Position numbers and translations under genes: made by a program
Part shown: one piece after another, positions 29,768 through 39,744 of the stretch
Position numbering within the stretch: the first letter of the stretch is position 1
Layout: the number at the start of each line of letters is the position of its first letter
Notes under the pieces: model-generated
Databases searched by the model: none
What the model was told of the DNA's origin: nothing
The model's input: only the letters and a program-made list of their open reading frames with translations
NCBI GenBank assembly: GCA_965226495.1
Contig: OZ245365.1
Coordinates: 2,656,001 to 2,720,000, forward strand
DNA length: 64,000 bases
Source of the DNA: Candidatus Marinacidobacterales bacterium
GTDB taxonomy: Bacteria > Acidobacteriota > Vicinamibacteria > Marinacidobacterales > DATDRI01
Direction of reading: 5' to 3'

Positions 29768-29863
29768 TCCTTATTCAGAGCGCGTCTTGACCCTTTCACT
29801 TTGGGCAAGTTAAACTACGTTAACTGCTGTTTCCCCTCGTCTCATCATCAGCAAGGAGCGTCG

Positions 29864-30310
29864 ATGTTGTCTGCGCTTTGGTGGTTTTTGATCGGCCTGG
29901 GTGTCATGCTCGTCGAGCTGGCCCTTCCGGGCTTCGTGCTTATCTTCTTCGGCATCGGGGCTTGGATCACAGCCCTTTTCACTTGGCTAGGTGTTCTCGA
30001 CAGCCTCAACGCGCAGCTTCTCGCGTTTGTCGGAGCCTCCATCGCCTCCCTTCTTGCCCTTCGTGGCTGGCTACAGAGGACTCTACAGGGTCGCGTGTCG
30101 GACCAGGAGCTCTCGGAAACGCGCCTCGACGACTTCGTCGGGAACAAGGCCAGAGTCGCCGTCGCCATCTCTCCCGATAGCACCGACGGGCGCGTCGACT
30201 TCCGTGGCACGCAGTGGGCGGCGTCTGCCAAGGTCGCGATCCCTGCCGAGACGACGGTCCGGATCGTCTCGAAGGACAATCTGACCCTTCAAGTCAAACC
30301 CATTAGTTAG
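29864..30310 (+). CDS. NfeD family protein
   Basis: VELALPGFVLIFFGIGA, GRVDFRGTQWAA; upstream of SPFH gene. Confidence 0.88.
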   Translation: MLSALWWFLIGLGVMLVELALPGFVLIFFGIGAWITALFTWLGVLDSLNAQLLAFVGASIASLLALRGWLQRTLQGRVSDQELSETRLDDFVGNKARVAVAISPDSTDGRVDFRGTQWAASAKVAIPAETTVRIVSKDNLTLQVKPIS

Positions 30311-30320
30311 GAGAATAATC

Positions 30321-31265
30321 ATGGATACCTTTGCCCTTTTTGTCCTCGTCCTCGTCGTCCTGATCGTGATCGTGCGCACTGCCCGAATCGTACCCCAACG
30401 CTCGGCGTACATCGTCCAACGGCTCGGACGTTACTCGAAGACTCTGGGTGCCGGGTTTCATCTGCTGATTCCATTCGTCGACAAGGTCGCCTACAAGCAC
30501 ACCTTGAAAGAAAGCGCCCTCGATGTTCCTCCACAAGTATGCATCACCCGAGACAATATCCAAGTCGAAGTGGACGGCGTTCTCTATATGCAAGTAATGG
30601 ATCCGGTCAAGGCCTCCTACGGCATCACCAACTATATTTGGGCGTCGACCCAGCTGGCGCAAACGACCATGCGCTCCGAAATCGGAAAGATGGAGCTCGA
30701 TCGAACCTTCGAGGAGCGAAATCTCATCAACAAGGCTATCGTTGACGCCGTCGACCGCGCCTCCGACCCGTGGGGAATCAAGATCACGCGTTACGAGATC
30801 AAGAACATCGTCCCTCCTCAATCGATCAAAGACGCGATGGAGAAGCAGATGCGGGCCGAGCGTGAAAAGCGCGCCCAAATCGCCGAATCGGAAGGAGACC
30901 GTCAGGCCAAGATCAATCGAGCCGAAGGTGACAAACAAAAAGCCATTGCGCTCTCGGAAGGTGAAATGCAAAAGCGGATCAACGAGGCGGAGGGACAGGG
31001 GCAGGAAATCTTGCGCATCGCGAACGCCACCGCAGAGGGAATCCGACAGATCGCGGCGTCTATTCGTGAGCCGGGGGGGACGGATGCCGTCAGCCTGCGC
31101 ATCGCGCAGCAGTACTTAGAAGAGTTCGGCAAACTCGCCAGCACCAACAACACTTTGATCATTCCATCCGACTTGTCGGACGTGTCAGGGATAGTGGCTG
31201 CGCTAGGTAAGGTGTTCGATCGAGTGAAAGCGGCTCAGGCGCCTCCGCCGCCGGCGTCGAAGTAG
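30321..31265 (+). CDS. SPFH/stomatin-like protein
   Basis: IVPQ..RLGRY, ITRDNIQVEVDG, QMRAEREKRA. Confidence 0.93.
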   Translation: MDTFALFVLVLVVLIVIVRTARIVPQRSAYIVQRLGRYSKTLGAGFHLLIPFVDKVAYKHTLKESALDVPPQVCITRDNIQVEVDGVLYMQVMDPVKASYGITNYIWASTQLAQTTMRSEIGKMELDRTFEERNLINKAIVDAVDRASDPWGIKITRYEIKNIVPPQSIKDAMEKQMRAEREKRAQIAESEGDRQAKINRAEGDKQKAIALSEGEMQKRINEAEGQGQEILRIANATAEGIRQIAASIREPGGTDAVSLRIAQQYLEEFGKLASTNNTLIIPSDLSDVSGIVAALGKVFDRVKAAQAPPPPASK

Positions 31266-31710
31266 GTATGCGTTCCCCGGAAATCCATGGAACCGTCGAC
31301 GAGCTCGCCCTCGACCTGGATGAGTCCACCGCCGGAACCCATCCACACCTGGATCCATTTCCGTTTTCCCGGATCGAAGTAGTTGATGCTTTTGCCGGTA
31401 CCACCCCCAGCGCTGGTCCAGTTTTCGACGAGCATGCAACCTTGACCGCCGTCGCCAACCATTCGAACGCTTTTTCACGGTCGCTCAATGCCGCATAGCT
31501 CGCTGCCACGTTGTATCCAACGATCGCCGTCGGCACTCCGTTCTGCTCGGCGTTCTCGTACGCATCTAGGGCTTGCTGGTACTTCCCAAGACGATGAAGG
31601 GCAACACCCAGCCGAAATTGGGCCCTGGCGTTTTTCGGCTCGCGTTTCGCGATTGTCCCATAGGCTTCCACCGCACCCGGCCAGTTTTCTGCCTGGTAAA
31701 GGTCTGGACT
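31262..31710 (-). pseudogene. Remnant of a TPR + DUF1579-like gene
   Basis: TPR (AQFRLGVALHRLGKYQQAL, YNVAASYA) joined out of frame to GCMLVENW..GKSINYFDP..WIQVW; both ends missing. Confidence 0.65.
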
Positions 31711-31813
31711 TAAAGGGACAACTGCTCCTTATGAGCGGATAGCCAGACGAGTCACCTCGGGAAGCACTTGTTTCCAAGTCCTTCCTAGAGTAAAAACTGG
31801 AAGTCGCGCCCAT

Positions 31814-33721
31814 ATGCCAAACCAGCACCGTGAATCTGCGACCCTTCGTTTCGGGTCCTTCGAGATGGATCTCCGAAGTGAAGAGCTCCGCAAACAAGGC
31901 ACCCTGCTCGAGCTGCCCCCTCAGCCGTTCAAGGTCCTCGCGATTCTGGCTCAGAACCAAGGGCAGATCGTCACCCGCGAGGAACTTCAGCGACGTCTCT
32001 GGGGACATGAGACTCATGTCGACTACGATGTCAGCCTGAATTCTTGCATCAAGCAGATCCGCTCCGTTCTCAACGACACATCGAACGCTTCCCGCTATAT
32101 CGAGACTCTCCCGAAGCGAGGCTACCGGTTCATCGCGCCCGTCGAGTCGAGGTTTTCGGAAGCCGCCGTCGGAGGCGCAAGGCCGAGCGGCATCCACCGA
32201 TTTCCAACGGCTGCGGGTTCGACCCATGACCTGCCCCGGATCCTCCTTTCCATCGTTCTGATCGGCATCGTTGCCGCGCTGGTCGGCCTCGGTTATCTCG
32301 CGCTGGAAGGCTCGCGGTCCCTATGGGACACGACGGGGGCGAACGACAGTCGACTCATGCTGGCCGTCTTGCCCTTCGACAACCTGACGGGCGACCCGGA
32401 CAAAGACTACCTAGCGGAAGGTGTCACCCAGGAGATGATCGCTCATCTGAGCATCCTTCGACCATCGCAGTTGGGCGTCATTGCAAGGACCTCGACGATG
32501 CGTTACCGAGACACCGACAAAACCGTCGAGCAAATTGGCGGCGAGCTCCACGTCGGATTCGTCCTGAAGGGTAGCGTTCGCGTCGACGAAAGTCGTATTC
32601 GTATCAACGGGCAACTCGTTCAGGTCAGCGACCAAAGGACGGTTTGGACCGGCAGCTACGAACGCCAACTCGAAAATACCCTCGCACTCCAACGGGATGT
32701 CGCGCAGCGCATCACTCGGGCTCTCTCCGTTGAGCTCCTCTATCCTGGTCAAGTAGCACAAACGGCAACCGGGCTCACGACGAGCGACGCCTACGATGCG
32801 TACCTGAAGGGCCGTTATCATTTGAATCGCGGTCACCCGAAAAGCGTCGAGAAAGGAGTGCAGTACTTTCAGGTCGCCATCGACGCGGACCCCTTCTTTG
32901 CCTCGGCACAGCTTGGGTTGGCCGAAGCCTATCTCCAGCAAGCGCAAGGCCGCGATGCGCCTGCCGAGGACTTGTACGGGATGGCGAAGGATGCGGCGCG
33001 GAAAGCCGTCGAACTCCAACCGACTTTGGCCGAGGCCCATTTGGTCGACGCGCTGGCGACTTGGTACTTGGATTGGGACTGGGAGCGTGCCGGCGCCGCC
33101 TTCGAGCGGGCCTTAAAATTCAACCCCGGCCTCGCGAAGGCTCACCACTGGTACGCGTATTATTTATCGAGTCTAGGGCAACACGGCCGCGCCACCGCAG
33201 AAGTTCGGCTCGCTCGACAGTTGGATCCACTTTCGCCTCTGGTGAACTCGGACGTGGGTTGGTTTCATTACTTCGCTGGACAATATGAGCCAGCCATCGA
33301 AGAATGCCTTCGCACTCTCGAGCTCGAACCCGGATTCGTTCTCGCTCACACCTGTCTCATGGAAGCCTATGACCGCAACGGAATGCACGAGGAGGCGTTT
33401 GCGGAAGCACAAGAGACCCTTGCGGCCGCCGGCGCCACCGAGGACGAGCTTGCGGACATTCGAAGTCTGGATCCGATCGCACGACAAGAGAGGATCCTCC
33501 GGTGGTGGTTGATCCATGACGATGACCTCGGACCGTACAAACTCGCCCTGGTCCACCTGAGGCTGGGCGAGCAGGGGCAGGCCCTCGACTGGTTGGAGAA
33601 AAGTTTCACCGACAGAGACCTTTGGCTGCCGGTTCTCAGAGAGGATCCGAGGTTCGATTCCCTCCGGTCGGAGCCACGTTTCGAGGCCCTCTCTCACCGC
33701 TTGAACTACCCCAGTATTTAA
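31814..33721 (+). CDS. CadC-like winged helix + TM + TolB-N-like + TPR regulator
   Basis: RFGSFEMDL, YIETLPKRGYRF, LAVLPFDNL, TPRs, DPRFDSLRSEPRF. Confidence 0.9.
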   Translation: MPNQHRESATLRFGSFEMDLRSEELRKQGTLLELPPQPFKVLAILAQNQGQIVTREELQRRLWGHETHVDYDVSLNSCIKQIRSVLNDTSNASRYIETLPKRGYRFIAPVESRFSEAAVGGARPSGIHRFPTAAGSTHDLPRILLSIVLIGIVAALVGLGYLALEGSRSLWDTTGANDSRLMLAVLPFDNLTGDPDKDYLAEGVTQEMIAHLSILRPSQLGVIARTSTMRYRDTDKTVEQIGGELHVGFVLKGSVRVDESRIRINGQLVQVSDQRTVWTGSYERQLENTLALQRDVAQRITRALSVELLYPGQVAQTATGLTTSDAYDAYLKGRYHLNRGHPKSVEKGVQYFQVAIDADPFFASAQLGLAEAYLQQAQGRDAPAEDLYGMAKDAARKAVELQPTLAEAHLVDALATWYLDWDWERAGAAFERALKFNPGLAKAHHWYAYYLSSLGQHGRATAEVRLARQLDPLSPLVNSDVGWFHYFAGQYEPAIEECLRTLELEPGFVLAHTCLMEAYDRNGMHEEAFAEAQETLAAAGATEDELADIRSLDPIARQERILRWWLIHDDDLGPYKLALVHLRLGEQGQALDWLEKSFTDRDLWLPVLREDPRFDSLRSEPRFEALSHRLNYPSI

Positions 33722-33988
33722 CCTAGTTTTGCGCGCGAACGCAGCCATGAGCCCATGCGTAGTCGCGCAGCGCCGAAGCACTGAGGCGTGGCGTGGCAGA
33801 TCGTGGTGGCCGTCAAAATACGTTGTGCCATCGAACAAGTTGGCCAGACGGCGGTGGGGCCCCGCGCCCTTCATCTACTGAGCGCGCATTGAGTCAGGTT
33901 GACCCAACGGAATCCGGCCTGTATCCTGTTTCTTAACATCCTCTTGAAAACTTAAGGACCGTCGGCACATGTGTCGAGGGAGGAAACT

Positions 33989-34588
33989 ATGGGGACGCTC
34001 CGTCTGACAATCCTGCTGAGTTGGGCCGTGCTCGCGAGCGGGTGCATGATCTCGGAGCAGGCTGGACAGATGCCCCAGGATCTGGCCTTTCACTTCGATA
34101 CCGATTTCAATCGAGCTCTCGTATTCGGCCGCCCGATAGCACTTGTTCTACTCGTCATGTGGGTCTTCGCCAACTTCAAGAAGCCGAACTCCATTTTGCT
34201 GAGCGCACCCCTATTGGTTCTAGCGGGATGGACTCTGGCGCAAGACTTTCCATCGCTCGTGGACTACCGAGTCGAAGTACGGGAGGATGCGCTCTATTTG
34301 AAGATCCCTCCCGAACCCGAAAAGGTGATCCCCTGGAACACTGTGGAGGAGATGGAGATAAAAGGTGCCGCATGGGCCGGCGCTGGAGCCAGACCGACGG
34401 TGACTCCAACACCTTTCGGGCCTCGGAACCCGGAGTATGCTTGGTCCGAGCTTCCGGAGTGGCACACGATGGAGATCATGGCCGACGGAGAAACGCATCT
34501 GGTTATTCTCGAGAAGCTCAGCATAGAGCAACGTCAAACGCTCTGGCGGTCGATCGCGAAGCGAGCTCGTTTGGTGAAAGTGGACTAG
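33989..34588 (+). CDS. Hypothetical membrane lipoprotein
   Basis: GGAGG RBS; lipobox ASGC plus two TM segments. Confidence 0.6.
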   Translation: MGTLRLTILLSWAVLASGCMISEQAGQMPQDLAFHFDTDFNRALVFGRPIALVLLVMWVFANFKKPNSILLSAPLLVLAGWTLAQDFPSLVDYRVEVREDALYLKIPPEPEKVIPWNTVEEMEIKGAAWAGAGARPTVTPTPFGPRNPEYAWSELPEWHTMEIMADGETHLVILEKLSIEQRQTLWRSIAKRARLVKVD

Positions 34589-34669
34589 CCTCCGATTCTT
34601 GACTTCCCACCGTCCCTCGGAGTACAAGCAAGAAGATTTCCGATTGCATCGCTCGCGAAGGAGGTTCGA

Positions 34670-35086
34670 ATGGCGTTACGAACGCTGTGCTACTTGGTGG
34701 CCAGTGCGGCTCTACTGTTCTCGCCTCTGAGCTCGTCAGCTTCGTCCGCCACTATCCAACAGGAGCCAGAAAAACCTGAAGAGCCCAAAGGGCCTGAAAA
34801 GCCCAAGGGGCCTGAAGAACCCAAGGGGCCCGATGAGCCGGAGGGATCCGAAGAACCGAAGGGCCCGGACGACCCACGAGGAGAATCCGCGACCGGCGAG
34901 GTTTGCTGTTTTACGAACCCCTACTTCGAAGGCGAATGCCGTGTCTCGCCGGGAGAGGACGAGAGCTGCCAAAGTATTCTCCTGTATCTCAACAGCGCGA
35001 ACACAGAAGGCAAGACCTACTGCGGAACGAGCCTGACTCGCGGAGGCTGGCACAGCGTCTTCTGCAAAGAAGAAGAGCCGGACTAA
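34670..35086 (+). CDS. Secreted protein with EPKGPE repeats and a 6-Cys domain
   Basis: AAGGAGG RBS, signal peptide, about six 18-bp repeats, CCFTNP..C..C..C..GGW..C. Confidence 0.7.
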   Translation: MALRTLCYLVASAALLFSPLSSSASSATIQQEPEKPEEPKGPEKPKGPEEPKGPDEPEGSEEPKGPDDPRGESATGEVCCFTNPYFEGECRVSPGEDESCQSILLYLNSANTEGKTYCGTSLTRGGWHSVFCKEEEPD

Positions 35087-35088
35087 CG

Positions 35089-37611
35089 TTAATGGGCCCC
35101 GATGGGGCTTCCCGGCGGCAGCTCGTGTGGTGCCGTCGGCCCGTCCGTACCCTGCGGGCGATTTTGCCAACGCCGAATGTCCTCGGCCACTAGTTTCTGG
35201 TGAGGGCTCGGCGTCCCCACCGACTCGAGCCAGTCAGAAAGACCTACAAGCTGCTCGGTCAGAATCGCTCGTGCTTGAGAGATGTTCAGACTGTTCGACG
35301 CCTGCCGAAGAAGCTCATCGAGGACCGCGCGCTGCATCGTTTGCTGCACTTCCGCCAAGTAGGCGCTTGCGCCGGTCGGCGCCTTCCATGTTCGCTCCAA
35401 GAGGGACTCTGTCACATCCTCCAGCCCGGGGTACTCGCTACTGCGACTGTGATACTCGACGAGGCGGGCCATGCGCTCGGGGTTGAGAAGTAGCTTCACG
35501 GTGAAGTCGGACGCCGACGCGGCAGCTGCGAGCGGGTCGAACGTGAGTCCCGTCCAGCGTTCGAATTTCTCGCTCTCCGGCTCTCGGAAAGCGCGCGGCG
35601 GAATCATTCTTAATACCCGCTCGGGAACGGCCAAGAACTCCGGATCCAAAGTCGAAAGAACGACGTCGAGAGCATCGCGTTGAGTCTGTCCGGGCACAAT
35701 CGTGATGGTCATCTGCCCGTCTCCCCGCAGAGCGTAGTTGTAATCGGCTCCACCGATGCTGTGCATCGCAGCCTCCAACTGATACCGGTGATGGAGATAG
35801 AGCGGGGCGAGTACTTTCTCCAAAGACGCCATCGGATCGCCGGGGCGGATCGCATCCGGCCCGAACGCCTCGAGACCGAGCCCTCGAACCCGGATTTCGT
35901 GTCGAAGCATTGCGACCGGGTCGGCACCGTTGTCCCACAGGGCGGCGAGAGGATGGGCTGCACCCGGGGGTATGGCATCTCGGCTGCTAATGAATCGGAT
36001 CTTCCGATCCAAACCGTCCTTTACGATCGCATCGAGTGCCGCCTTCTCGTCGGTACCCGGAGCGAAGTCGCTATAAAGCCACTTGATGGCGAACTTGTCG
36101 TATTCTCCGACACCAACTCCATAGGCGTTCGAAAGATCCAGCCTTCCATCCGGCGTGATTTCCACGAGCGGCGCCGGGTAATCCATCACACTGGCACGAC
36201 CCGCATAAGTGCTCGCGATGTAGTTGTGCGCCAGTCCCAATGTGTGTCCTACCTCGTGCGCCGATAGCTGCCGAACTCGAGCCAGGGCCATCTCCACCGG
36301 GTCGTTCTGCGAACCGACTTGCGCGAGATATTCGAAGGTAGGGCCGCCTCCAACACCACAACCGCCGAACCCGGACCCGCTGGTGGGATGCAAACCCTTT
36401 CCGAGCAGGTAGTCCTGTCGCAAGCGGAGACTCCCCAAGTTCACGTTTCCCTTCAGCATCTCTCCGGTCCGCGGATCGGTCACGGAACCGCCGTACGACC
36501 ATCCACGAGTGGATCGATGCGTCCAGTGGATCATGTGGTAGCGCAGATCCATCGGATCGGCGTTCTCTGGAAGTAGCTCCACACGAAACGCATTAACGAA
36601 GCCCGCTTCCTCGAAAGCGGCGCTCCACCAATTCGCCCCATCCAGGAGCGCGCTTCGAATCGGCTCTGGCGCTCCGCGATCAAGGTAATAGACCAAAGGC
36701 TCGACCGCCTCTGATCGTGCCGCGCGGGGATCTTTCTTCTCCAACCGATGCCGAGCCACCCACAAAACGTCGAGATCCTCGTCGATGGGTGTTGCGTAGT
36801 CTTTGAAGGAAATCCCGAATGCCCCCACCCGTGGGTCCGCCGGGCGCGGCTCATAACCTTCGTCCGGTAAACGAACAAGCGAATAGCGAACTCGCAACGT
36901 CACCGCATCCCCGCTCGCCGCGGTCGACTGAACGAGCTCTCCGGGACTGGGACTGGTGAACGTCAGCAGCGTCTCGACCTCAGTGTTCAGTCGAAACGCC
37001 TTGGTTCGAGGCAAGTGAATGACGCTGCGGCTACGATCGAGCTCGAAGTTCCCCTGTCCGGCGTTTTCCAACGTCTTGGCGATGCCGTGCGCATCACGCA
37101 GAAAAAAATCTGTCCCGTCGACCAAGACCCGAGTCCCCGATTCCGCCTCCACTTTGAAGCCCCAATGCGTCGAGGGAGCGAAAGCGTCCCGCACCGCTCT
37201 CACCTCGTCCGGATTATCGCTCCGCGCTCGGTAGCGGTAGTTGGGCTCGACCAGTAGGACCGTCGGGCCGACTCGCCGTGCCTCCAGGATCTGAGTCCGC
37301 CCGAACTGCCCGCGGTCCAGGCCAACCGGATTGCTACCCAACCCGCTGGCCAAAGACACCTGATAGAGAAACTCGGTGTCCCATTGATCGACCTCCCAGA
37401 ATAGCTTTCCGGTGGAACCGTCCCAGTAGAGATCGAAGAACCCCTCTAGGTGAGTCATGTCACGCGTCTTGTCCTCTATGGACGGGATGGACGGAGGCCG
37501 ACTCTCATCCGACGATGTTGCTTGCCCGAATGCTCCTCCCGCGCCAACCGCAAGCAGCGAGCCAAGCATCAACACACACATCACCCCGCACCTCACCCAA
37601 CCGTTCCGCAT
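35089..37611 (-). CDS. Secreted zinc-dependent metalloprotease (DUF5117/EcxA-like)
   Basis: HEVGHTLGLAH, SVMDY Met-turn, DPRTGE. Confidence 0.9.
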   Translation of the reverse strand: MRNGWVRCGVMCVLMLGSLLAVGAGGAFGQATSSDESRPPSIPSIEDKTRDMTHLEGFFDLYWDGSTGKLFWEVDQWDTEFLYQVSLASGLGSNPVGLDRGQFGRTQILEARRVGPTVLLVEPNYRYRARSDNPDEVRAVRDAFAPSTHWGFKVEAESGTRVLVDGTDFFLRDAHGIAKTLENAGQGNFELDRSRSVIHLPRTKAFRLNTEVETLLTFTSPSPGELVQSTAASGDAVTLRVRYSLVRLPDEGYEPRPADPRVGAFGISFKDYATPIDEDLDVLWVARHRLEKKDPRAARSEAVEPLVYYLDRGAPEPIRSALLDGANWWSAAFEEAGFVNAFRVELLPENADPMDLRYHMIHWTHRSTRGWSYGGSVTDPRTGEMLKGNVNLGSLRLRQDYLLGKGLHPTSGSGFGGCGVGGGPTFEYLAQVGSQNDPVEMALARVRQLSAHEVGHTLGLAHNYIASTYAGRASVMDYPAPLVEITPDGRLDLSNAYGVGVGEYDKFAIKWLYSDFAPGTDEKAALDAIVKDGLDRKIRFISSRDAIPPGAAHPLAALWDNGADPVAMLRHEIRVRGLGLEAFGPDAIRPGDPMASLEKVLAPLYLHHRYQLEAAMHSIGGADYNYALRGDGQMTITIVPGQTQRDALDVVLSTLDPEFLAVPERVLRMIPPRAFREPESEKFERWTGLTFDPLAAAASASDFTVKLLLNPERMARLVEYHSRSSEYPGLEDVTESLLERTWKAPTGASAYLAEVQQTMQRAVLDELLRQASNSLNISQARAILTEQLVGLSDWLESVGTPSPHQKLVAEDIRRWQNRPQGTDGPTAPHELPPGSPIGAH

Positions 37612-37653
37612 CGGCCGAACTCCGTTTTCTTTGGTCGCTAGTATCTTGTATAG

Positions 37654-38589
37654 TTATTGACTCTTCTTCAGGAAACTCAAGATCTCCGAATCGGTGGTCA
37701 AGATGAGCGTCACGTCATTATCGAAGCTGCTACGGTAGGTTTCCAACGTCTTCATAAACTGATAGAAGTCTGGATCCTTGCCATAAGCACGAGCGTAGAT
37801 GCTGGTTGCCTCGGCGTCCGCCAGACCCCGAATCTCCTCGGCTTGCTTAAAGGCCTCGGATTCGATCTCCTTGAGCTCTTTTTCCTTCTGCCCACGGATC
37901 TCCGCCGAACGGCCCTGGCCTTCCGAGCGGCTGCGCTCCGCGATCCGCTGACGCTCGGTGATCATTCGCTCGTAGACCTTCGCCCGCACCTCGTCGACGT
38001 AATTGATGTGTTTGATCTTCACGTCCACCAGCTCGATACCCCACTCTGGCGTAACCAGTGAAGACTTCTCGAGGATCCTCCGCGCGATCCCCGTTCGGCC
38101 GGTGATGATCTCAACGGCTGGCCGGTCGCTGGCAAACTCCTGCAGCTCCTCGGTAACGTCGAAGTCGCGTGCCGTGGACCGCACGATCTCGATGAGATCG
38201 AAGGCCGCCACCGCGTTCCGGGTCTCCCCATCGATGATATCGTCGAGTCGACTTTGCGCGCCCCGCTCGTCGCGAACCCTTTTGAAAAACGCCAACGGGT
38301 CTGCGATGCGCCAACGGGCGTAGGTGTCGACCCAGATGAACTTCTTATCCTTGGTTGTAATCTGATTGGCATCGCCGTCCCATGCCAACCATCGCTTGTC
38401 GAAGCGGTGAACGTCCCAAATGAACGGGATCTTCACCTTGAGGCCGGGCTTAGTGATGGGATCGCCGACGGGGTCCCCGAACTGCGTGATGATGACCTGC
38501 TCCGTCTCGTCCACGGTATAGAAAGTGGCGGGCAACACGAAGAGGAGAAGCGCTCCAATAACTAGGAGAACAATCAGATTCCGATTCAT
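37654..38589 (-). CDS. hflC: Protease modulator HflC
   Basis: TQFGDP, DTYARWRIADP, VYERMITER, DPDFYQF. Confidence 0.92.
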   Translation of the reverse strand: MNRNLIVLLVIGALLLFVLPATFYTVDETEQVIITQFGDPVGDPITKPGLKVKIPFIWDVHRFDKRWLAWDGDANQITTKDKKFIWVDTYARWRIADPLAFFKRVRDERGAQSRLDDIIDGETRNAVAAFDLIEIVRSTARDFDVTEELQEFASDRPAVEIITGRTGIARRILEKSSLVTPEWGIELVDVKIKHINYVDEVRAKVYERMITERQRIAERSRSEGQGRSAEIRGQKEKELKEIESEAFKQAEEIRGLADAEATSIYARAYGKDPDFYQFMKTLETYRSSFDNDVTLILTTDSEILSFLKKSQ

Positions 38590-39602
38590 TTCTGCACCTC
38601 CTGGGCTAGGTTCAGCAAGGGTAGGAGCCCTCTTTGCTTTTCATCCAAGATTACCTTCTTACCCATACGGGGCAAGATTTCGTTCATAGTCTCGAGGTAC
38701 ATGCGGTTCCGGGTCACGCGAGGTGCCTTGCGATACTCCGCGTAGATCGCCTCGAATCGGGTCGCTTCTCCCTGCGAGCGATTCACACGCTCGGCGGCGT
38801 AGCCCGCGGCTTCCTGGATCATCTGTTGGGCGACTCCCTTGGCCTTCGGGATCTCCTGGTTGTACTCCGCCCAAGCGCGGTTGATGAGCTGTTCCTTCTC
38901 TTGGATCGCCTCGTTGACTTCATTGAAGGATGGCTTGACGGGATCGGGAGGATTCACGTCTTGAAGAACGAGCTGCTGCACCGAAATGCCGATGCCATAG
39001 GTGTCACTTAGCTCCTGAAGTAGATCCTTCGCTGCGAGCGCAATGGCTTCGCGGCCGATGGTCAGGACCTCGTCCACGCTGTGATCTCCAACCACCTGTC
39101 GCATGGTGGCCTCCGACATATCCCGGAAGGTGGTGTCGACGTCCCTCACGTTGAACAAGAAATCATAGGGGTTATCGATCTGGAACTGTACGATCCACTC
39201 CACGACCCCCACGTTGAAATCGCCGGTCAACATGAGCGACTCCTGCAGAAGCTCGCCCCCATCCCGGTACTGCGTTCGGACGCCAGCTTGAACGGTCCTG
39301 AAGCCAAACTCCTGTTTCAGCTGGCGCTGCACCGGCACCTTGTCCAGCTTCTCGACGAACGGCCATTTGAGGTGTAGGCCGGGCTCGGTAGTTCGCGAAT
39401 AGGCGCCGAATCGCCGGACAACCCCTACCTCGTCGGGGTCGATCTGGTAGAAGCTTCCGAACGATAGAACTAGGCCCCCCACCAGGAGCAAGATCCCTCG
39501 GATCGCCCTGGGCGAGATATTGGGCAGATTGAATTGCGGCATCTGGGGCACGCGCGACGAATCAAAATCGAACGGTCCCTTGCCGCCCTGATTATCAGGC
39601 AT
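38586..39602 (-). CDS. hflK: Protease modulator HflK
   Basis: EPGLHLKWP, MLTGD, VNPPDPV, VTRNRMYLETM. Confidence 0.92.
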   Translation of the reverse strand: MPDNQGGKGPFDFDSSRVPQMPQFNLPNISPRAIRGILLLVGGLVLSFGSFYQIDPDEVGVVRRFGAYSRTTEPGLHLKWPFVEKLDKVPVQRQLKQEFGFRTVQAGVRTQYRDGGELLQESLMLTGDFNVGVVEWIVQFQIDNPYDFLFNVRDVDTTFRDMSEATMRQVVGDHSVDEVLTIGREAIALAAKDLLQELSDTYGIGISVQQLVLQDVNPPDPVKPSFNEVNEAIQEKEQLINRAWAEYNQEIPKAKGVAQQMIQEAAGYAAERVNRSQGEATRFEAIYAEYRKAPRVTRNRMYLETMNEILPRMGKKVILDEKQRGLLPLLNLAQEVQK

Positions 39603-39744
39603 ATTGTCCTCCTAGCCTTCTTGGGAATGTGAAAGGTCAACCAATGGGTAACACTGCCCATGCACGATACCTTCGCGCCTATCCGGGTTGCAAACAGAGG
39701 CTTTTTCCCTTGCGCTGGTTCATCCCTTGTTGCAACATCTCTCT

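Noticed and set aside
39603-39744. T-box leaders upstream of valS or ileS
   Set aside because: No T-box antiterminator consensus or terminator was seen here or at 46249-46350, and the leaders are short.
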